DNA of 64,000 nt from Octopus vulgaris. Taxonomy: Eukaryota. The stretch is from the NCBI GenBank assembly GCA_951406725.2, contig OX597833.1:62682001-62746000 (forward strand), written 5' to 3'. The notes under the pieces are model-generated. The model saw nothing but the letters and a program-made list of their open reading frames with translations. It did not search any database and was not told the DNA's origin. Of this stretch, positions 42,121 to 55,057 are shown piece after piece. The first letter of the stretch is position 1. Every line of letters starts with the position of its first letter. The position numbers and the translations under genes are program-made.

Positions 42121-43150
42121 TACAAACATATACATTACATACACATACATACATTACACAAATATATATATATATATATTACACACACACACATATATAT
42201 ACATATATATATATACATACATACATACATACATACATACATACACACACATATATGTAAGTATCATCAGACACACACACACACACACACACACACGACG
42301 CTCTGAAAGCCCATTAGCTAAATAAAGTTGCTGAACCACGACAGCAGCAGAAAGCAGCGGAGGCGGGATTTGAACCCGCAACGTCAATACCCATAAAAAC
42401 AAACAAGAAAAACAAAAAAAAAACAAAGCCGGGCGCTCTACCGATTATTATTCTTTTTTCAATACAATTTCCATAACATTTTTTTTTATCTTTTCAACAA
42501 TTTTAATACTTATACATAATAATGTTAATTAATTATAATTAGTTTTTTTTTTTCAAAGCATAATTTTTTTCTTCTCTGAAGCAACATTCAATAACACGAC
42601 AATAACCAAATTATACATACAGACAATATATACACATGTGTGTGGGTGTATGTACACGCTTTTGTATACATGAATGCATGTATATACGCGTGAATATACA
42701 TTGTGTGTCTGTGTATTATATATATATATATATATACATGTATGCGTGTAAGTGTATACGTGTGAAAATGTATATATATATACACCAAGTGAATATATAT
42801 ACACATCTGTGTATGTTTTAGTTAGTTTTATATTTTAAAAAACCCATATATATACATGTAAGCGGTGTATATATATATATATACACAATCATACACGCGT
42901 ATTTGTGTATATGTAGATACTGTTATGCGTATATTAACTGAATATATATATATACACACGTATTTATGAATATATATTCAATTTCTGTGTGTATATATTA
43001 CATCTAATTACTATGCATATGTATGTTCTACATGCAGAAGTATAATATATATATATACATACACTTACATGAATATACATGCCGCGAGTGGGTATGTTCG
43101 TGCATATATGTGTGTATATATGTATGTATATGTGTTCATGTATGTATATA
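41990..43150. repeat. (TA)n/(CA)n/(TG)n microsatellite field
   Basis: Seen directly, interrupted by short SINE fragments. Confidence 0.85.
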
Positions 43151-44279
43151 TGCTGCAAATCTTACCTGTTGTTTGAAGAAGAGCCATTAAAACCAAGGTT
43201 ATAGACAACAAACGGACGAAGACTTCCATGATGGAAACACAATAAACGATTTTATACGTTTATGTATCGGTCGTAGATATATATATATGACGGGGTAAAA
43301 ACCAGACGACAACTTAACAGGGTGTATACAAGTATATACACCTCGTAATTTGATAAATTTTTCACTGAAATATGCTTGTTGCGTAAGATATTATGTAGAA
43401 TGCAAGAAATTTCTCCGAATTTAGACGAATTTAGACATTTTTAGTAAAACTTCCTCGGTCGTCTGTCGCTCCCTGTCCGCCTTCTTTGGTGGGAAACGTA
43501 GAAAATGGATAAAAAAAATCTATTTTTCCTTCTTTTCCTCTCTCTCTCTCACTCCAGCAATATATTAATTATTTATATTAATGAAGACTTGGTATATCTT
43601 GTTCAATTAAGTATATTTCTTCCTTCAAACAAATCCAGGTAATGAATGTTGTGGGATTGATAATAATAATAATTATTTCCTTTTTTTTTCTTGTGTTTTT
43701 CTGTTTTTCTTTTTTGTTTTTCCGTTCTGTAAAATATATTTTTTTAAATCCAGGATTTTGATTCCTTGATTTTGTAAAATAAATGCAACCCTTTTAAAAC
43801 CCCTTTTTTCTCCTTTTTTTTGTGGTCAATTAAAACACAAACCCTCTTCTAATTCTTAATACTAATTAATAATGTAAATTAAAATAAATTAACTATTATT
43901 TTGTAAGATTTAGAGAGAAAAACCTAACTTGATGACTGGGCGTGTATGTATACACATATATATATACACACAGATGATTTATACACAGATATATATATGC
44001 AAATATATATATATATGTATTATGTGTATATATATATGTCTATCTTCTTGACTTAGGTGAAGACTTTGGACATGTAATATATCGAATTAAAAAAAAAATA
44101 ACACCAAACCAGCCAATATGTGTGTATATATATTATATATATATACGTTGGTGTATATATATATACATATATACAGTAATGGTGTGTGTATATAGCAAGA
44201 CTATCGTGGAAAACGATTTCACAGATTGAGAAAAGACTTCTCTTTCGTCGAATTGCTTCTTTCGTTCCTCCTCCCACTA

Positions 44280-44967
44280 CAAATTTCTCCTTCCTTTTAC
44301 TACTCTTTCTAACCCTCACTTGTCCTTTTTATTACTCTTTCTACTCTTTCCAACCCTCCCTCACTCACTTAACATATATACTTACACTCTCTCCCTTTCT
44401 CTGTAGTTCACTCTCTCTTTCTCTGTAGTTCACTCTCACTCGTGCACCTCTACCTCTCTACTTGCATTCTCCGTCTCCTTCTCCTTCTCCTCCTCCTCTA
44501 TCTCTGATTCTTACACTCAACCTTTATACTTCCCCCCCTCTCTGAATTCTTTATCTCTCTCTCTCTCTCACTCTTTTTCATTTACATTTTCATCAGTCTC
44601 TGTCACTCCTTCTTGCCCCCCTCCCTCTCATTTTACTCTCTTTCGCTCTCTTTTTTTTCCCTTCATACTTTCTACTTTCTCTCTCTCTCTCAATATTTTG
44701 ACTCTTATCTCACTCTTTCCGACCGTTTCTCTTTGTTTCCCTTGTTTGTCTTACTGCTTCTTTATTCTACTCCTCTCTCTCTCTTCTATCTCTATATCCA
44801 TTGTTTCCGTTTCCTACATACATAAGCGCATATATTATATATATATAGATAGACAAATAGATAGATATATAGACAGACAGATAGACAGCTAGAAAGATAG
44901 ATAGATAGAAAGATAGACAGACAGATAGACAGCTAGAAGGATAGATAGATAGATAGATAGATAGAAG

Positions 44968-45013
<46 letters not shown>

Positions 45014-45065
45014 CAGCTAGAAAGATAGATAGATAGATAGATAGACAGACAGATAGACAGCTAGG

Positions 45066-45105
<40 letters not shown>

Positions 45106-45355
45106 CAGCTAGAAAGATAGATAGATAGATAGACAGACAGATAGACAGCTAGGAAGATAAATAGATAGATAGATAGACAGCTAGAAAGATAGATAGATAG
45201 ATACATAGATAGATAGATAGATAGATCCTATCACTCATGGTGTCATTTGACACTCACTCAGTTCACTCCATTTTTATTTCTTCGTCATTTCTTCTTTTCA
45301 TCTAATCTCATTTTTCTATATCGCCAACCTCTTCCATCATTCACACACTCCTATG

Positions 45356-45394
<39 letters not shown>

Positions 45395-46140
45395 TTCTCT
45401 CTCTATTCCTTATTACTCTACTACCGTAGCTTCCTTCTCTCACTCACACTCAGTCCCTCTCTCTCTCCCTTACTCTTTCTCTTTATCAATCACTATCATT
45501 TTGTCTCTTTCTGTCTTCCTCTTTCTCCTTTGCATCTCTATAACTTTTACTCTATCTATATCTAACAGTCTCTCTCTCTCTCTCTCTCTTTATCAATTAC
45601 TAATACTCTTTCATCCTCCCCCTCTCTCTGACTCTAACAATCTCCCTATATCTAACACTCTCATACGTCTCCCTCTCTCTCTGTTTCTCCCTCCTTTCCT
45701 TCCCTCTCTCTCTCTATTATATACTACTAACATCTATCTCCTCTTCCTTCACCTCTTACTCCTATAATCAATCTTCAATTTGACTCCCTCGTCTTTTCTC
45801 TTCTCTCACTCTCTATATACAGATAGAACTGTATATACCTTCCTACTTACATATCTATCTCTCTGCCTTCCACTCATTCTGTCGGTTCTCCCACTCTCAA
45901 CCATTTCTATCTATCTATCTAGCTATATGTGTATATATATGTGTGTATATGTATATATACACGTACCTACGTACTACCTTTCTGCCTCCCACTCAGTGTT
46001 CCTATGCTCTCTTTCTTTCACCTTTCCTCACTTTCCATGTATCTATCTATCTATCTATCTCCCTACCTATGTTTTCTGCCTCCCACTCTCTCTGTTCGTC
46101 TGCTCGTTTCTCTTACCCCCTCTCACACTCTCTCTAGCTT
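44280..46140. repeat. Pyrimidine-rich low-complexity region containing a (GATA)n array at 44846-45226
   Basis: (CT)n-rich plus strand. The GATA array is punctuated about seven times by GACAGCTAG. Confidence 0.9.
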
Positions 46141-46304
46141 TCTTCACCCGTTCACTTTTCCGTTGGTTTTTAAAAACCAAATTTCCTTCATCTGGTTTTA
46201 GATTCTTATTGAGCCAAGGCGACAGAAAGACCTTGGATTCTTTCTTGTCGACGGCATCACTTCATTTCTTTCTTCCATCCAAGAAGGATAGCATTTATTT
46301 GCAT

Positions 46305-46309
46305 ATCTG

Positions 46310-46372
<63 letters not shown>

Positions 46373-47227
46373 ATCTACCTCTATCTATCTATCTATCTAT
46401 CTATCTACCTCTATCTTTCTATCTATCTACCTCTATTTATCTATCTATCTATCTTTCTACCTCTCTATCTATCTATCTATTTATCTATCTGTCTATTTGT
46501 CTATTATCAATCTATATACATATGTGTTTGTTTGTATACACATACATATATACATACTGGTGTATATGTATACATATTTTGAAACAAACACTTGAAAAGA
46601 TGTGTACACACGCGCGTGTGTGTGTGTGCATATATGTATATATATATATGTCGTGTCTATACACTAATACATGTATACGTGTGTATATATACACATATAT
46701 ATATGTGTGTGTAGAGAGAGAGAGAGAGTACGACAAATATATGTATATACATATATTTGTATATACACACACACACATCTACATATATATATATATATCC
46801 AATACACACACACACACACACTCGTTTCTGTGAGACAATGTGAATATATATACGTGTGTGTGTGTGTTTGTGTGTTAGTTGTTTTATCGAAGACTAACGT
46901 AGTTAGTTCAATGACCAAACAACATACAAAAGAGAAATTGGTGAATGTTTCCATTCTGTCGTTCTAATGATGGAACTGCAGCCATCATTTCCTCTCAGAT
47001 TCCTTTTCCTTCGTCTTGTTCGATGGATATTCATTCATTTTCGCCTCCATTCTCTAAATTTCTGTGAGGAAAATAGAACATTATGTTTGTTAAAATATGT
47101 ATATATATATAGCTATTATAATCAATTACATATATACGCTTATACAAACAAGTATATATATATGTTTATATATACATACATGTTTAATTTATACTTGGGT
47201 GTCTATTTATTTGTCTATTTCTATCTC

Positions 47228-47277
<50 letters not shown>

Positions 47278-47452
47278 TACACATGCACATACGTTCACAT
47301 ACGATATGTATATAAATTTGTATTTTTATATGTATACATTTGATATATACTTGTTTACAGATGTATATCTGTACACACACACACACACTTACATATGTAT
47401 ATATATAATTGTATATATATATATATGTGTATATATATATTCATAATTGTAT

Positions 47453-47497
<45 letters not shown>

Positions 47498-47905
47498 TAT
47501 ATACATAATTGTATATATATATGTGTATATATATATGCCTACATATGTATGTATGCATGTGTGTATACACTTGTGTTTTGAAATACCCACTTATCTATAC
47601 ATATACATATGAATATATACATATAAATACATATATATGTATATATATATATATATATATGCCTACATATGTATGTGTGTATACACTTGTGTTTTGAAAT
47701 ACACACTTATCTATGCATATACATATGCATATATACATATAAAAAAATATATATATCCTCTATATCTATCCTCTCTCTCTCTCTCTCTCTCTCTCTTTAT
47801 CTATCTATATATGTGTGTGTGTGTGCATGTGTGTGCATCCATGTATGCATGTATGTGTGTATGTATACATGTATGTATGTACATATATACATATGTATAC
47901 ATATC
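46305..47905. repeat. (TATC)n, (TA)n, (TG)n and (CT)n field with a local ~120-bp tandem duplication
   Basis: GCCTACATATG...CACTTGTGTTTTGAAATAC.CACTTATCTA occurs at about 47537 and 47661. Confidence 0.85.
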
Positions 47906-48344
47906 TGCGCTTGTCTGTATGGAAAAGCTCTCTTGTTGTTTTGCATCGTCGTAACGGCGGAGGCAGCAAGGTTCTGCAGCCGTTATTATTATCTAGGCCA
48001 GAAAACAAAATCACCGTTGCGGAACCCACTTCGTGTCCCACCACAGCCAAGCTTAACAAGAACCTCAGGGGACAGTTCAAAATCAGCCCCTACCACTACT
48101 GCCTCTGCTGAACATAAACCCTTTCCTTTTTACTAGTAACCCCGCTTTTTTTTTTTTTCATTTGTTTTCCTTTTTGTTTTTTTACTTTTGTGGCTCAAAG
48201 ATCTGTTTTTTAAAATGTTATGATTTGGTCATGTTCCTTACAGACATATACCCATACAAAATACACGATAGCGTGTATTATATATATATGTGTGTGTGTG
48301 TGTATACATACACACACATATGTGAGTGTATATATATATATATA

Positions 48345-48479
48345 TAGAGAGAGAGAGATAGACAGATAGATAGATAGACAGATAGATAGATAAATAGATA
48401 GACAGATAGATAGATAGATCGATAGATTGATAGATAGACAGATAGACGGATAGATAGATAGACAGATAGATAGACAGAC

Positions 48480-48519
<40 letters not shown>

Positions 48520-48563
48520 TGATAGATAGACGGATAGATATATAGACAGATAGATAGACAGAA

Positions 48564-48594
<31 letters not shown>

Positions 48595-48699
48595 TAGATA
48601 GATAGACAGATAGATAGATAGACAGAAAGATAGACAGACAGACAGATAGATAGATTGATAGATAGACGGATAGATAGATAGACAGATAGATAGACAGAA

Positions 48700-48730
<31 letters not shown>

Positions 48731-48803
48731 TAGATAGATAGACAGAAAGATAGACAGATAGATAGACAGAAAGATAGACAGACAGACAGATAGATAGATA
48801 GAT
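48345..48803. repeat. (GATA)n/(GACA)n tetranucleotide array
   Basis: Seen directly. Confidence 0.95.
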
Positions 48804-49182
48804 TTGGCGATGCAAAGAGGAAAATAGTCAAAGCATGAATATATACATGTATGTGTACATACATACATATATATATGTGTATGTATACATATATATATAT
48901 ATATATATATATATCCTATATTTATCATTAATGGTCAGGAGTGACAGAATGACTCACGAACCGAGGGATTCGTTCATTAGAGCTTATGTATACACAAACA
49001 TACATACACACATATACATAAATACATACATCATATATACACGCAGGCATACGTACACATTACACACATGTGTCCGTATGTATGGAAAACGGACGTTAAA
49101 TTATAACATACATACATACCATACATACATACATACATACATACATACATAAATACATACATACATACGTTTATATACACGC

Positions 49183-49563
49183 GTTGTTGTGTAAGAAATT
49201 TGTTTCCCAACCATATGGTTCCGCGTTCAGTTCCATCCAATCCATGGCATCTTGTACCATAGCCTCGGGTCTATCAAAGCCTTCTGAGCGGATTTGATAG
49301 ACGGAAACTGAAAGAAGCCCGCCGTGTGTGTATATATGTGTGTGTGTCTGCGTGCGTGTATGTGTACGTTTTTGTGACTCCACCACCACTGGACAAGCGG
49401 TGTCGGCTTGTTTTCGTCCCCGTAACTTAGAGGTTCGACAACGTGTTCGATAAAATAAATATCAGGCTTTAAAAAAAAAGTACTGGGCGTCGATTGGTTC
49501 GACTAAAAATTCTTCGAGGCTGAGCTCCAGTATGGCCGCAGTCTAATGACTGAAACAAGCAAA
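49183..49563 (+). mobile_element. SINE family B, diverged
   Basis: Head, core and tail are all recognisable. Confidence 0.8.
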
Positions 49564-49802
49564 CAATTGTGAAGCGATATCTCCCTTCACATGACACCCA
49601 ATGGTAGGTTGGTGAACCCACAAATAAATATTATTTTATTCAACAACGCGGTGTTGAACATTAATCCTCACTTCGAAATAAACATATATATATATACATA
49701 CATATATACATACATGTATGTACGTTGGACTGCAGAACTCTTCACGCTTTTTTAATTTTCATTCTCTCTCTCTCTCTCTCTCTCACTCTCTCTCTCTCTC
49801 TC

Positions 49803-49849
<47 letters not shown>

Positions 49850-50062
49850 TATATGAATGGAGTTAACGCAGGTGTAATCAAATATTTTTACTTTCGACAC
49901 ATGTTTCGAAAATTCCACTGATACTGTTCAAAAGAATAAATGCTGCCCTGGTAACTATTTATTTATTTTTTCCGTGTTAATTGTTAACAAGGTAAAAATA
50001 CACTCATCTATTTATATATATATATATATATTCTATCTATTTATATGTGTGCGTATATATAC

Positions 50063-50257
50063 TCTCTTTTACTCTTTTACTTGTTTCAGTCATTTGGCTG
50101 TGGCCATGCTGGAGCACCGCCTTTAGTCGAGCAAATCGACCCCGGGACTTATTCTTTGTAAGCTTAGTACTTATTCAATCGGTCTCTTTTGCCGAACCGC
50201 TAAGTTACGGGGACGTAAACACACCAGCAGCATCAGTTGTCAAGCGATATACACACA

Positions 50258-50317
<60 letters not shown>

Positions 50318-50502
50318 CATATATATATACACACACATATACGACGGGCTTCTTTCAGTTTCCGTCTACCAAATCCATTTACAAGGCTTTGGTCGGCCCG
50401 AGGCTATAGTAGAGGACACTTACTCAAGATGCCACGCAGAGAGACTGAACCCAGAACCATGTGGTTGGTAAGCAAGCTACTTACCACACAGTCACTCCTA
50501 CG

Positions 50503-50505
<3 letters not shown>
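50063..50505 (-). mobile_element. SINE family B
   Basis: Full reverse-complement match to the family. Confidence 0.9.
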
Positions 50506-50573
<68 letters not shown>

Positions 50574-50827
50574 GAAGGAGCTCCACCTTAGGCAAGTGTT
50601 TTCTACTTGTCCCGGGCCGACCAAAGCCTTGTGAATGGATTTGGTAGACGGAAACTGAAAGAAGCCCGGGTACTTTTTGGTTATCTCGCCCCCATTAAAA
50701 AATTGGCTTATCTACCCCCCCCCTCTCCGTTTTATGAAAAAATATCGGTGCGTTTGGTTATATTCCCCAACTAAAAAAAAAATTGTTTAACCCTCAATAA
50801 AACAAATAAGATGAAAAATTTACTAAA

Positions 50828-51243
50828 CGCGCATGAGTGGCTGTGTGGTAAGTAGCTTGCTAACCAACCACATGGTTTCGGGTTCAGTCCCACTGCGTGG
50901 CATCTTGGGCAAGTGTCTTCTGCTATAGCCCCGGGCCGACTAATGCCTTGTGAGTGGATTTGGTAGACGGAAACTGAAAGAAGCCCGTCGTATATATGTA
51001 TATATATATATATGTGTGTGCGTGTATGTTTGTGTGTGTGTGTTTGTACCCCTAGCATTGCTTGACAACCGATGCTGGTGTGTTTATGTCTCCGTTACTT
51101 AGCGGTTCGGCAAAAGAGACCGATAGAATAAGTACTGGGCTTGCAAAAGAATAAGTCCTGGGGTCGATTTGCTCGATTAAAAGGCGGTGCTCCAGCATGG
51201 CCGCAGTCAAATGACTGAAACAGGTAAAAAGAGTAAGAGTAAA
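50828..51243 (+). mobile_element. SINE family B
   Basis: Full match, inverted relative to the copy at 50063-50505. Confidence 0.9.
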
Positions 51244-52286
51244 CAGGAAAACTGAAAACATCTCATTGAATCTCTTTTCTATTTCATTTCTCTTTTATCA
51301 TTGATAAACATGAGAGAGGAATGCGTGTAGTAGACAGTCGACGATCTGCACCATCCTGAATAAAAAGGACGAAATCAAGGTCGTTGCAACAGCAAAGGGT
51401 GTCTCCAGGCTCTCTAAGCAACGTACATCTGTCCACGACAGGATGGGAGAAATTGCTTCTCCTGTGGATCAATGAAAAGTAATTAGCAGGGGATAAGATT
51501 ACGGAGACCATCAGCTGGGAGAGAGCACGAGCACTGTATGGGGCCTGTATGGGGAAGCAGAACCCTGGAACATCGACGGAGGAGACATTAGCAGACGCAT
51601 TTAAGGCGAGTAGGGGTTGGTTTGATAATTTCAAGAAGAGGACCGGTGTTCATAGCGCCGTCAGGTATGGAGAAGCAGCGAGCTCTGAGACGAAGGCAGC
51701 TGAAGATTACGTGCGTGAATTCCGTCAGTTCATTGCATCCGAGGGGTACATCGCAACAGTAAGTATTCAACTGTGATGAAACTGGCCTTTTTTGGGGGGT
51801 GGGGAATACCCAGAAGAACCTACATAACTGCAGAGGAGGAGAAAATGCCCGGTTACAACCCTATGAAAGATACGCTAACCCTCGCCATTTGTACCAATGC
51901 GAGCGGAGACTTGAAGATTAAGCCTTCTCTTGTCTACCATTCCCCAAACCCGCGAGTGCTCAAGTCGCACAAAATCCTGAAGGAGAAGCTGCAGGTCATG
52001 TGGAGGGCAAGCGTTAAAGCCTGGGTCACCAGGCAATTCTTCACCAAGAGGGTCAACCTTTGTTTTCGGACCAGCAATAGAAAAGTATCCTTGGGAAAAC
52101 AATCTTCCTCTCAAGGCCCTCCTCATCTTCGACTATGCTCCTGCTCACCCTCTTAACCTCAAAGATGATATCCTGGATGAATTTAAATTATAAAAGTTCT
52201 ATAACTTTTATGCAACACCACCCCTATCTTGCAGCCCATGGACCAACAGGTTATTTCTAATTTTAAGTAATTGTACACCAAACACC

Positions 52287-53089
52287 TGTAGTGAATCTTG
52301 CATGCATGAGGCGGATTCGATCCATCATAGCCAAATTTAAATTAACACTGCAACAGAACTTTTCTCACGATGGAACAATGGTTTTTCTCTGACAGCGGTT
52401 TTACATTTTCCAGATACCGAATCTTTTCTTTTTGAACGACAGTTTGTAACATAATTTCTAGGTAACTAAAAAGTTTTAAACTTCGTATACTGGTAGAATG
52501 TGTTTATAAAACATTGTTTTCTCTTGACTTTATTGAGAAAATTCTATAGGTTGTAAGATATTTCGTCTAAAATTTCTAGCATTTCGGCAATTTTAACCAA
52601 TCGCTAACGTCCATTTAGGTAAACAACATTCTGTGCATAATGAATATGTCCCTCCTTTAAGAAGCAGATTGGGTTTCTTTACATTTGTGAAGAAAAAAGA
52701 TACCTTCCCCCACCCCTAACCCTAACCCTAACTAACCCTAGCTAGGCCGAAATAATGTCTTCACCACTTGACCCTTTCTAACCTCTTCTATTTCACCAAA
52801 AGCTAGAATAGATAACAAGACCACCAACTAAATCTATTGTTCTCAATAATATATCTATCCTTCTGGATAGCTATAAAAGCAAGAATACCCCAAGCAAAAA
52901 TCAATTAGTCACATGGTGACGACTCAACGAAGACTGGCTGACCAGCCAGAACCTTGGTCGGAGGGAGAAAGCAACTGTGAGACAAGACCCTACAATTCTC
53001 TCTAGCTCTAATTCTGTTCTCTTACAACATACAACTGTTGTCTCCGACATTTCATCATATCGTTTACCAAATAAATTTCTGCCGTTACA
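52287..53089 (+). mobile_element. Solo LTR inserted in the Tigger transposase (4-bp TSD, Gypsy-like)
   Basis: Termini TGTAG (52287) and TTACA (53089). TSD CACC at 52283-52286 and 53090-53093. TATAAAA at about 52873 and AATAAA at about 53070. Removing it rejoins the Tigger codons KHL-FRRC. Confidence 0.8.
52430..52742. repeat. Probable further repeat nested in the solo LTR, ending in (CCCTAA)n
   Basis: Shares AAACTTCGTATACTGGT and ATTTTAACCAATC with 57255-57375. CCCTAACCCTAACCCTAACTAACCCTA at about 52714-52740. Confidence 0.5.
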
Positions 53090-53281
53090 CACCTGTTTCG
53101 TCGTTGCTTAGAAGTCACCGAGAAAGCAGCACTAGGACATTATTAACAGTCTTAAAATCATCGATAAGGCCTGGCATTGTAGCGGAGAATGCTATCTCTA
53201 CGAGTGACATAAAGGCAGTGTTGGCAAAGTGGGAGCATGCTTCTGAATTTGTAGAAAAATATCATCCTGGAAAAGTAACTA

Positions 53282-53836
53282 TTGGGTTGTCCGGAAAGTT
53301 CGTGCCGATTTTTAAGGAAAGAAAAAGGTCAGGAAATACTTGCCATTACATTTTTAATCAGCCAAATATGAACCATTTTGTTGCACAATGTGTCTTCATC
53401 TTTCCTTTTACTTGAAAATACCCTCTTCCCAGAACTGAGGTGGTTTCATGGCAAAGAATTCATCAAGGTATCTTTTTACGTTATCCAAGGAATTGAAATT
53501 TTTACCATGAAGACTATTCTCCAGAGACCTGAATAAGTGGAAATCCGAAGGAGCAATATCTGGTGAATATAGAGGGTGAGGTAACACATCCCAGCCAAGC
53601 TGCAGCAATTTTTTGTCTGATTCCCAAAGCATCAAGTGCCGAAAATGAACTTTCTTATCTTCCATTTTAAAGGGTTACAGAATTAACACAGGTTATAGGA
53701 ACATAAACCTTCTTCCACGAAAAGATAGCTTAAACTATGCTCTAAATGGAGGTGTAGTCAAATCCTATTTTCATGTTCTAAAATAAGTCGAAAGGTAAGC
53801 TACTATAAATCGGCCTGAACTTTCCGGACAACCCAA
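53282..53836 (-). mobile_element. Internally deleted mariner (Tc1/mariner, D,D34D class) element, 555 bp
   Basis: 30-bp TIRs TTGGGTTGTCCGGAAAGTTC(GT/AG)GCCGATTT match 28/30. TA TSD at 53280-53281 and 53837-53838. ORF 53408-53665 joins the N-terminus MEDKKVHFRHLMLWE to the C-terminal LLQLGWDVLPHPLYSPDIAPSDFHLF motif. Confidence 0.95.
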
Positions 53837-54127
53837 TACAAGTCGTGCAGCTGCTTTATTTAATAACACTTCTCTGGTGCATTTTCGTAACATTTTGAAA
53901 GGCAGAAAAAAGCAGACTTCTCTTGATATGCCTCTAATGAAACGACCTGCAAACGTAAAAAATGAAGAAAGTGTGTCCAAAAAGCTTAAATTAAGCGAAT
54001 TAAGAGAGAAAACGCCAGAAATTGTTCTCCTCCCAGACAGTAATTCTCCTCCCCGCTCTATCGTCTTCCTCGCGCACAAATCGTCCCATCTTAAAGGTAT
54101 TTCAGTTAATAGTAATAATAATAATAA

Positions 54128-54522
54128 TCTTTATATATATAAAGCTCAAGTTGTCTGTGTCTGGCAGGTTTGGTAGCCTTCGACTAACACTATCTCCTCC
54201 GAGACCCTGCAGCACAAGTTGACCAAAATTGTGAGTATGATAGAAGAAGGCTTGCTCTTCCTTCCGTAGAAGAAAAAATTCAAATCGGACCATGTTAACA
54301 CCAAAAATTATTTACATCAAAAAGGTGCTTTTTTACTATGGAATTCCCTATTTTTTACGATTTTTTGACTGCTGTGTTGCCATTTTTTCGGTTTTATTTC
54401 AACCAGAAAAATGTTCACTTAAAGAGAATAACAAGCTACATAATGCAAAATTTTTTACTTTTCAAAAATTCCAATTCTAAACGGTCGAAACAAATCCGAG
54501 CAACGCCAGGCGATACTGTTAG
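54128..54522 (+). mobile_element. Non-autonomous Helitron (~395 bp)
   Basis: 5' end TCTTTATATATATAAAG. 3' end CCGAGCAACGCCAGG hairpin-like motif followed by TTAG (a CTAG variant). Inserted between host A and T with no TSD. Confidence 0.75.
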
Positions 54523-54867
54523 TATATATATAAGGAGGAAGTCAACTTCTTAAACCACTTCTTAAACTCAAGATGTTCCCGTGATTGAATTTGTTTTGTG
54601 TTGATAAAACGTTGCACGACATTGAACTCGCTTTCCAGAGCAATCAGTTACAAAAATCAGCGACACAACGACACTTATTGTGACGGTCTGGAACCGACTA
54701 CACTTCCGGTCACTCGCTTACCTTCTCCCGAAAGGAAGTTCTAGGGGAGAACAAGGTAAGAGTAGAACTGGGAACAATGGTGTGTAAGAGATGGTTATGC
54801 ACACTTCGAAACCCGGAAAGTACTGTATCAAAGCTCCACTACCGGATGCAATCGAAAGCCATATTGT

Positions 54868-54958
<91 letters not shown>

Positions 54959-55057
54959 TCGTACACACATTTATGAAAATCGAGATAAACATTTCTGAAC
55001 ACTTAAAAATACACCTTTCTGAAAACTGTTGCGAATAGGCGCCCTTTTCGCCTCTTG

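Larger units (their letters stand above)
51297..54060 (+). pseudogene. Decayed Tigger/pogo transposase (HTH_psq, CENP-B-type HTH and DDE_1), interrupted by two nested insertions
   Basis: Translated pieces in order: IIDKHERGMRV...STICTILNKK; EKLLLLWINEK*LAGD; FKASRGWFDNFKKR...GEAAS; VFNCDETGLF; NASGDLKIKP; KAWVTRQFF; LLIFDYAPAHP; TTPILQPMDQQVISNFK*LYTKHL|FRRCLEVTE; LKIIDKAW; EFVEKYHPGKVT|TSRAAALFNN...HFRNILKGRKKQTSLD. Contains stops and frameshifts. Confidence 0.92.

Noticed and set aside
44889-48928. Long YLSI-repeat ORFs
   Set aside because: They are translations of (TATC)n/(GATA)n arrays.
52714-52740. (CCCTAA)n as a chromosome-fusion or telomere relic
   Set aside because: There are only about four units, embedded in a nested repeat inside an LTR.
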